Assembly: GCA_051362555.1 (NCBI GenBank)
Contig: CM120642.1
Span: 34,162,001-34,226,000 of the forward strand
From: Lingula anatina
Taxonomy: Eukaryota; Animalia; Brachiopoda
Length of the DNA stretch: 64,000 bases
Direction: 5' to 3'
Under the pieces are notes generated by a model, which was not told the origin of the DNA, ran no database searches, and was given only the letters and a program-made list of their open reading frames with translations. A program made the position numbers and the translations under genes. Positions 61,201-64,000 of this stretch are shown one piece after another; position 1 is the stretch's first letter; each line of letters opens with the position of its first letter.

Positions 61201-63366
61201 AACCGGTAGCTTTAGTGGACTTAAACCTGTTATGTGATCTATGTACACCCTATCTGGAATTTTAATATGTCAACTGAAATCAAGCTAATTGAGATTTTTT
61301 TTTACCAGTCTGAGATCAGTTGTTTTCAACTCAAAAAGCTTGCTCGGCATTGAGGCGTAGACGCATGTATTTCTGAAGAAAATTCAATCGCCCATATCAA
61401 AGAATACCAACTGGTACTCAAATGGAATTTAGTGTAACTTAAAATTACTTTTAAGTATTTAATTTAAAAATCATGTCATATTAAAACATATTGAGAAAAG
61501 GCAATCTACGGAGCCTACCTGTGCCGATAGACATATCTTGCTAGCACTCTTCCGATTTTCTTACATGTAGGGGCCTTTACACTCACTGTGCACAAGCCAT
61601 GTTGCATATTGAAAACCCCACTGATAAAACCCGAATGTAAAATAAGCATTTAATTGCCATAATTTTTACAAAACAGATGCATTTATAATTTGCTGTGAGA
61701 ATTGAGCAAACGCAGAAATGAGAGACTTGTCTTACTTGGTCTGCTCCTGCATACTTAGTGCAAACCACATGTTAATGAAGTCAGTCCCATTGTGGGGGAG
61801 GGGGGTCACAGGAATGGAGTTCTTCATGGATTACACTAATTAATATAAACGTTTCATGCATCTGGGGAAATAAAAAGTGACTCACAGGTAACGTAAATAC
61901 CCAGTGGGACTCTCTGTGAAGCTCCACTTTTCACCGCCATATAAGTTATTGCATTCTCTTATAAGGAGATAAGAAAGATGTCATTTTTATTGTTGACAAA
62001 TCAGTTATCCATGTAGGTAAATAGCTACACGTGTTCATCAGATTTTGACAGCGCATGGTATTTGGCACCAAGAAGTCTGGGTGGACAATCCCGCTGTTCT
62101 TTTGGTCAACTGTAGTAAATGTAGGATCTTGTGGTATTGTATGTGGTATTGAACGTTTCCCCATAATCATATGCATATATATTTCAATCAAACTTGAAAA
62201 TAAATTGCTTATTCTTCCCAAACTTTTTATTGCTAGCAAATGCTATGTATGGTCTATATGAAGGTGTTTACGACATATCCTACCCACTGTCGATATTTGG
62301 TTTCATCCTGAACAGACCTTTTTTAAAATGCCCCCACCCCCAGTTACGGTGTGACGAATCAGTCAGCGAGGGCAAGTCTGCTAAATTAGCACAAATTGTA
62401 TATCTATAAGCACTATTATTGTCATCGGGGACAAAGGAAATGACAGGTACATCTCGCTTCTAGATTAGATCTTCAATTAATTGTTTCTTCCTCATTGACG
62501 AAGAGCTATTGAAAGGACAACAATTGACAAAGGGCTGAGGCATGCAGCATCTATTTCACTGGCTTGAAAGTTTGCAGAGTCTAGCCGACGATGTGGTCAA
62601 ACAATCGGAACAAGAAAAAAAATTCTGTCACATGATTTTGACATTTGGACTAAATGTCTGAGCCCAGAAAAATTAATTTTATGATATAATTTTTTTGGAC
62701 AGATTGATTGGACCAGTCGAAATGCTTGGCACATTACCGTACCATCCACCTACCCAATACACTGAATATAGTCATAAAATGTTTACCTGTTCATCTGTTT
62801 ACCCCACCTTTACCTGGAGAATAGGTGGTTATACTTTGATTAGATATTTAATAATACTTTCTCAACTTGTACTGAATGAAAAAGGAATTTGTTATAGAAT
62901 AATTTGTTTGGTATTATCACAATTAAAATATAAATAAAATGGATTAAATGTTTTGAACTTTATACTCCTTACTTTATATAAAATCATATTCTTTTGGGGG
63001 GAATTGCCGGGGGGGGGGGGGAATTGTCCTAGAATCAACCAATATTATCATGTATCAGGAGAGGGGGAGGAAGGGAGTGCAAGTGTGTATATCTTTCTCA
63101 GGATAATCCAGGACACAAAAATACTAAAGAAAAATCAACAATTCTAGATTGTAAAACAAGCAAGTCTGTTAATTTTTTCACCAAATGCTAGAAATTTTCT
63201 TTCTCTGAAACTAAATTCAAGTTTGTGGAGGAGGCCAAACTCAAAGTCTCGGTTTTAATACTCCCAAGTTTTATTCCAGATGTCTTACCTGAAACTGCAA
63301 TACAGTCTTGTTTACTATCCTCTGATAGAGATCAAGGCGAACACCTGAATTACTCCGGTTCCTCAT
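7265..63366 (-). CDS. PHKA: Phosphorylase b kinase regulatory subunit alpha (PHKA1/PHKA2 orthologue), whole gene; about 31 exons, 3699 nt, about 1232 aa
   Basis: Starts [12 protein letters not shown]. Contains [60 protein letters not shown] and [10 protein letters not shown], and ends in the CaaX motif CTIS. Splice phases of all exons listed below are mutually consistent. Confidence 0.96.
7679..7888 (-). CDS. PHKA: PHKA exon 30 ([13 protein letters not shown]...FIQDQ)
   Basis: tttcag| ... |gtaata, 210 nt. Confidence 0.92.
8127..8180 (-). CDS. PHKA: PHKA exon 29 ([18 protein letters not shown])
   Basis: tttcag| ... |gtgtgt, 54 nt. Confidence 0.9.
8600..9113. repeat. 47-bp tandem array, about 11 copies, spanning the exon 28 donor
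   Basis: Unit ctttaacttaccctctccaggacctgccacactttggtatattgtgt contains the exon end plus gtaagt (minus strand). Confidence 0.92.
9084..9242 (-). CDS. PHKA: PHKA exon 28 (TLSSTSLG...[31 protein letters not shown])
   Basis: ctttag| ... |gtaagt, 159 nt. Confidence 0.9.
9870..11192. repeat. C-rich 25-31-bp minisatellite (cctcacagacagggcacccccctccctcttt)
   Basis: Tandem units; explains the 479-aa low-complexity ORF. Confidence 0.92.
11198..11545. repeat. About 100-bp tandem repeat, about 3.4 copies
   Basis: ctttgtccct...tatataaaca...ctcctcccctcc recurs at about 11199, 11299, 11399 and 11499. Confidence 0.85.
11923..12020 (-). CDS. PHKA: PHKA exon 27 ([33 protein letters not shown])
   Basis: cttcag| acceptor; supplies the required phase 1 to 0 change. 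Donor is weak and could end at 11923, 11920 or 11914. Confidence 0.72.
12278..13060. repeat. Degenerate 300-335-bp tandem repeat, about 2.5 copies
   Basis: attctgatgcaa...ggcccatgg...ttcaaagtcacac blocks recur at about 12282, 12581 and 12915. Confidence 0.7.
13455..14320. mobile_element. Helentron/Helitron2-like non-autonomous element: about 161-bp central repeats x5 plus (gacggc)n microsatellite
   Basis: Units carry cgaacttgacctg...aagtttca and are followed by a GAC-rich microsatellite, the architecture known for molluscan non-autonomous Helentrons. Termini not resolved. Confidence 0.6.
14751..14849 (-). CDS. PHKA: PHKA exon 26 ([33 protein letters not shown])
   Basis: ttatag| ... G|gtaagt, 99 nt. 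Confidence 0.91.
15184..15313 (-). CDS. PHKA: PHKA exon 25 ([43 protein letters not shown])
   Basis: tttcag| ... G|gtaagg, 130 nt. The 5' boundary is ambiguous because of four in-frame upstream acceptor copies. Confidence 0.88.
15284..15479. repeat. 39-bp tandem array x5 spanning the exon 25 acceptor (in frame)
   Basis: Acceptors at 15313, 15352, 15391, 15430 and 15469. Confidence 0.92.
15711..15789 (-). CDS. PHKA: PHKA exon 24 ([26 protein letters not shown])
   Basis: ttgcag| ... |gtatat, 79 nt. Confidence 0.91.
16082..16161 (-). CDS. PHKA: PHKA exon 23 ([27 protein letters not shown])
   Basis: tttcag| ... AG|gtaaag, 80 nt. Confidence 0.91.
16150..16755. repeat. 60-bp tandem array, about 10 copies, spanning the exon 23 acceptor
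   Basis: Minus-strand unit has tcttgtcttcag|ccagtgacagac, versus the true tgtgtttcag|gcagtgacagac. Confidence 0.9.
16915..23893. repeat. 7-kb 34-bp satellite (gtaaacaaaacaatgttggagaacaagctcttca), about 205 copies
   Basis: Continuous tandem units with recurring variant blocks. Confidence 0.96.
23969..24046 (-). CDS. PHKA: PHKA exon 22 ([26 protein letters not shown])
   Basis: tttcag| ... |gtaaat, 78 nt. Confidence 0.91.
24286..24828. mobile_element. 543-bp MITE with about 150-bp terminal inverted repeats and 3-bp TSD (TAT); PIF/Harbinger-like
   Basis: Left end gagcgcattctcaacgaattaagccaggctttac...; right end ...gtaaagcctggcttaatttgttgagaatgcgctc; tat on both flanks. Confidence 0.88.
25013..25091 (-). 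CDS. PHKA: PHKA exon 21 ([10 protein letters not shown]...ELYEK)
   Basis: ttttag| ... |gtatgc, 79 nt. Confidence 0.91.
25166..26482 (-). mobile_element. 5'-truncated, frameshifted non-LTR retrotransposon (CR1/L2 group) with RT fragment and (ATT)n 3' tail
   Basis: [28 protein letters not shown] and LHWLPV motifs in three broken frames; trinucleotide tail at 25166-25215. Confidence 0.9.
26483..27145. repeat. About 22-bp minisatellite (tataacacaacacaggcacatg); continues at 25120-25165 on the other side of the LINE
   Basis: Tandem units on both flanks of the LINE. Confidence 0.9.
27313..27619 (-). CDS. PHKA: PHKA exon 20 (VSHHLPDV...[21 protein letters not shown])
   Basis: tcctag| ... AA|gtatgt, 307 nt. 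Confidence 0.88.
28653..28694 (-). CDS. PHKA: Candidate PHKA 42-nt exon ([14 protein letters not shown])
   Basis: tttcag| ... GAG|gtatct, phase 1 to 1, open, GC-richer than flanks. Confidence 0.68.
29671..29688 (-). CDS. PHKA: Candidate PHKA 18-nt microexon (KIHIHE)
   Basis: ttttttctctag|AAATCCATATTCATGAAG|gtaaga; strong sites, phase 1 to 1. Confidence 0.6.
30005..30657. repeat. 31-bp minisatellite (cccattcatatatcactaacatacaattatc), about 21 copies
   Basis: Tandem units. Confidence 0.92.
31016..31189 (-). CDS. PHKA: PHKA exon 17 ([10 protein letters not shown]...[30 protein letters not shown])
   Basis: ttgcag| ... A|gtacgt, 174 nt, phase 1 to 1, open frame. Confidence 0.82.
31275..31442. 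mobile_element. 168-bp MITE, TIR caggggcggat/atccgcccctg, 5-bp TSD ctcac
   Basis: TIR and TSD are directly visible; interrupts a 65-bp repeat unit. Confidence 0.8.
31459..31579. mobile_element. 121-bp foldback/palindromic element with CCC...GGG ends and internal (cctataggat)n
   Basis: Near-perfect inverted repeat over its whole length; inserted in the same repeat unit. TSD unclear. Confidence 0.7.
31580..31973. repeat. 65-bp tandem array, about 6 copies plus one MITE-interrupted copy, spanning the exon 16 donor
   Basis: Unit contains GAGAAAGGGAGTGAGGATG|gtatgt on the minus strand. Confidence 0.9.
31954..32042 (-). CDS. PHKA: PHKA exon 16 ([29 protein letters not shown])
   Basis: tttcag| ... 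G|gtatgt, 89 nt. Confidence 0.9.
32755..34423. repeat. 69-bp minisatellite, about 24 copies, with a 413-bp higher-order period
   Basis: Tandem units; near-identical ORF starts at 33069, 33482 and 33895. Confidence 0.93.
35187..35262 (-). CDS. PHKA: PHKA exon 15b, paralogue of 15a ([26 protein letters not shown])
   Basis: cttcag| ... AG|gtctgt, 76 nt, phase 1 to 2. Confidence 0.83.
35716..35791 (-). CDS. PHKA: PHKA exon 15a ([26 protein letters not shown])
   Basis: ctatag| ... AG|gttggc, 76 nt, phase 1 to 2. Confidence 0.85.
37478..38540. repeat. Degenerating, about 40-bp GC-rich tandem repeat (cacaggaagtgggtgcaaccttccccctccagggtcctat)
   Basis: Tandem units with a divergence gradient. Confidence 0.85.
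39244..39388 (-). CDS. PHKA: PHKA exon 14b, paralogue of 14a ([48 protein letters not shown])
   Basis: tcctag| ... G|gtatgc, 145 nt, phase 0 to 1. Confidence 0.88.
41545..42190. repeat. Near-perfect 48-bp minisatellite, about 13 copies, between exons 14a and 14b
   Basis: Unit ttacaggccagtatcatttgtgatggtgacggaataggtaacatttgg. Confidence 0.95.
42427..42571 (-). CDS. PHKA: PHKA exon 14a ([48 protein letters not shown])
   Basis: ttgcag| ... G|gttagg, 145 nt, phase 0 to 1. Confidence 0.9.
43290..43399 (-). CDS. PHKA: PHKA exon 13 ([12 protein letters not shown]...YAFMPQ)
   Basis: tttcag| ... |gtaaga, 110 nt. Confidence 0.92.
43590..43859. repeat. 91-bp tandem array x3 spanning the exon 12 donor
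   Basis: Last about 70 nt of exon 12 plus gtgagt repeated. Confidence 0.9.
43788..44001 (-). CDS. PHKA: PHKA exon 12 ([14 protein letters not shown]...VLSHVYSLL)
   Basis: tttcag| ... G|gtgagt, 214 nt. Confidence 0.92.
43966..45133. repeat. 73-bp tandem array x16 spanning the exon 12 acceptor
   Basis: Each unit has atcatttcag|AACTTCCTGAC (NFLTP(G/D)ELDPLN). Confidence 0.93.
45355..45558 (-). CDS. PHKA: PHKA exon 11 (VDKYRDAL...[14 protein letters not shown])
   Basis: tgacag| ... |gtaagt, 204 nt. Confidence 0.92.
45665..46400. repeat. 49-bp tandem array, about 15 copies, spanning the exon 10 donor
   Basis: Each unit has CAAGCACAG|gttagt. Confidence 0.93.
46358..46480 (-). CDS. PHKA: PHKA exon 10 ([23 protein letters not shown]...GNQAQ)
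   Basis: ttgcag| ... |gttagt, 123 nt. Confidence 0.92.
47987..48215. repeat. 21-bp tandem repeat (ggaagccatcccagtctagag), about 11 copies
   Basis: Tandem units. Confidence 0.88.
48261..49542. repeat. 22-24-bp minisatellite (catacacacataccatgttcct)
   Basis: Tandem units; source of the His/Thr-rich ORFs. Confidence 0.93.
49628..51355 (-). CDS. 575-codon Ser/Pro-rich open frame continuing PHKA exon 9 in frame; candidate extended or alternative exon
   Basis: No stop from the exon 9 donor ([20 protein letters not shown]...) to TAA at 49628. Internal repeats of 21 and 81 nt preserve frame. Phase-0 donor GGA|gtaatg at 49640/49639. Confidence 0.7.
   Translation of the reverse strand, partial: VCLKHRVSLDHSVVDSMSDQHGSIIMSTPQLEENATIKEKPCFKRSSSKSAQPGYEQIGLGQYLQKTINSETVKNLRKYSIVSETDEEEEETQESQKLRTEIWKLEAKLVQEGKLELNAEESFGDSLHDMVVDECRRRPDLKGRLDYTQYLTSMSDNLALKWAPVPKDPVQKVFQLSTMFSSSHLSDISSEPNSPPTLANSPPTSPNRPPTLASRPPALANSPPTLANSPPTLASSSVSGTPRCLSAPDLNWRSRQKSKLSLQKIGDYDYTSQTQSCNPPLIKIIPPECEMTGTGERKKPIYQGIPSDSVCLSRDAQTANKGGSSHGTCCDGQTYSGSKLADSANNTVCRLSHSDPSFIKGDNSSIDRIFTNRTSEPVKSTSHDFDTSLVEPKIANHRTYHGAPTLVSSPNPRESCDEDMMANHRPCYGAPTLVSCPNPRESCDEDKKLSSSFNLGETVPSLLERRVPSYGSKSTNILFHPCTPPLLHPKDSRLTNSGSYSEVTSGYGLHKEKATKSLKPELKEQHILIHSDDDLTPGTPPTSPNVAACNLNVKKQFQSSEEDLDQYEVEYGVML
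51356..51409 (-). CDS. PHKA: PHKA exon 9, short form ([18 protein letters not shown])
   Basis: gtccag| ... GAG|gtatgt, 54 nt. Confidence 0.92.
51799..52315. repeat. 32-bp minisatellite, about 16 copies
   Basis: Unit taaggtaatgaactgtgaactgcatagatatt. Confidence 0.93.
52991..53095 (-). CDS. PHKA: PHKA exon 8 ([16 protein letters not shown]...VDKLE)
   Basis: tttcag| ... |gttagt, 105 nt. Confidence 0.92.
53475..53516 (-). CDS. PHKA: PHKA exon 7 ([14 protein letters not shown])
   Basis: tttcag| ... |gtagat, 42 nt. Confidence 0.9.
53480..54423. repeat. 106-bp (two units 98-bp) tandem array x9 spanning the exon 7 acceptor
   Basis: Acceptors at 53516, 53622, 53728, 53834, 53932, 54038, 54136, 54242 and 54348. 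Confidence 0.93.
54575..58282. repeat. 36-37-bp tandem array, about 100 copies, spanning the exon 6 donor
   Basis: Each unit has CAG|gtaggaag on the minus strand. Higher-order duplications of 701 and 511 bp are visible in the ORF track. Confidence 0.95.
58272..58370 (-). CDS. PHKA: PHKA exon 6 ([17 protein letters not shown]...SQQCQ)
   Basis: ctttag| ... CAG|gtagga, 99 nt. Confidence 0.92.
58628..58708 (-). CDS. PHKA: PHKA exon 5 ([27 protein letters not shown])
   Basis: atttag| ... |gtaggt, 81 nt. Confidence 0.93.
59015..59097 (-). CDS. PHKA: PHKA exon 4 ([28 protein letters not shown])
   Basis: ttttag| ... |gtaagt, 83 nt. Confidence 0.92.
59594..59810 (-). CDS. PHKA: PHKA exon 3 ([10 protein letters not shown]...AEMTAS)
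   Basis: ttatag| ... G|gtcaga, 217 nt. Confidence 0.92.
60015..60170 (-). CDS. PHKA: PHKA exon 2 (NPVTGLLPG...AYELEQ)
   Basis: tttcag| ... |gtaagg, 156 nt. Confidence 0.93.
60878..60922 (-). CDS. Candidate alternative first exon of PHKA ([15 protein letters not shown])
   Basis: acttccggtaagATGG start context, 45 nt, phase-0 donor AAG|gtttac compatible with exon 2. Confidence 0.5.
63289..63366 (-). CDS. PHKA: PHKA exon 1 ([26 protein letters not shown])
   Basis: ATG at 63366, donor CAG|gtaaga, 78 nt; conserved PHKA N-terminus. Confidence 0.93.
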
Positions 63367-63659
63367 ATTTTGTTTACTGGATGCATCATAAATAAATGTA
63401 GAAAAGACAAATTATCCTACATGTAACTGCCAAGACTGGTATAACTGGTTCATTATTTCCAAGAACGTAGAGCAGAACATTTTTATTTTTAACACAAATT
63501 TTGTTTGTTAAGAATAAAAATTAATTTAGAAATAAAAATAATGGGGTATTTAAAAAGGAGGGCTGTCATGATAATAAATTACACTAAATGTAAATTTTAT
63601 GCTCACAATATACGTACGTGATCGTGCAAATAGCACCCTGAGCTTCAGAGCTAACTTGA

Positions 63660-63900
63660 CACTAACCTTTTCACTGTAGCCTATCTCCATCGTGTCAAGT
63701 AACCTCTGACGAAAATAGTTTGACCTAGTTTATATAAGCCAATCAAATCCATGTTTCAAAATTTTTCACCAAAGTTTGGTGAAAACGCTGATTGGTTGAC
63801 CGTCAATCGGCAATCCTCGGCTGATTCCGCAAGCTCCATACTAACAACATAGTTATTGTCGAGTGCGGAGACATCCGAGTAGTTCCGAGTGTATTACCGT
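63660..63900. promoter_or_regulatory. PHKA promoter region, possibly bidirectional
   Basis: Opposed CCAAT boxes (about 63739 and 63791) and CpG enrichment; minus-strand donor AAG|gttagt at about 63666 suggests a non-coding first exon. Confidence 0.4.
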
Positions 63901-64000
63901 ACACAAAGAAAGCAAGGCGAGTGACTACGAAAAAGAATGTGTTAAGTTATCTCTTGATTCTTTGCAAAATATGAGTAAATCGGAATTGAAACCATAGGGT

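Noticed and set aside
61946-62239. 97-aa minus-strand ORF in PHKA intron 1
   Set aside because: No recognisable homology, and it ends in a stop without a usable donor.

Overview
AT-rich, intron-rich eukaryotic (animal) DNA. The repeat types suggest a lophotrochozoan, probably a mollusc (inference). Two complete genes can be reconstructed by hand with consistent splice phases. COMMD8 (+ strand, 5 exons, 2417-5042, 184 aa) lies tail-to-tail with a 56-kb phosphorylase kinase regulatory alpha subunit gene (PHKA1/2-like, - strand, 63366-7265, about 31 exons, about 1232 aa, C-terminal CaaX CTIS). The most notable signals are in PHKA splicing. (1) Two adjacent pairs of duplicated, equal-length, diverged exons (145/145 nt and 76/76 nt) look mutually exclusive. 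(2) A 575-codon open frame continues exon 9 in frame into the intron and ends next to a phase-compatible donor. (3) About ten tandem arrays have units that straddle exon-intron junctions, creating up to about 100 decoy splice sites per intron; one array is in frame. (4) There is a candidate alternative first exon and an 18-nt microexon. Introns also hold many minisatellites, a 7-kb satellite, MITEs, a truncated CR1/L2-type LINE and a Helentron-like element. Exon numbering and copy numbers are my own manual counts; no database search was run.
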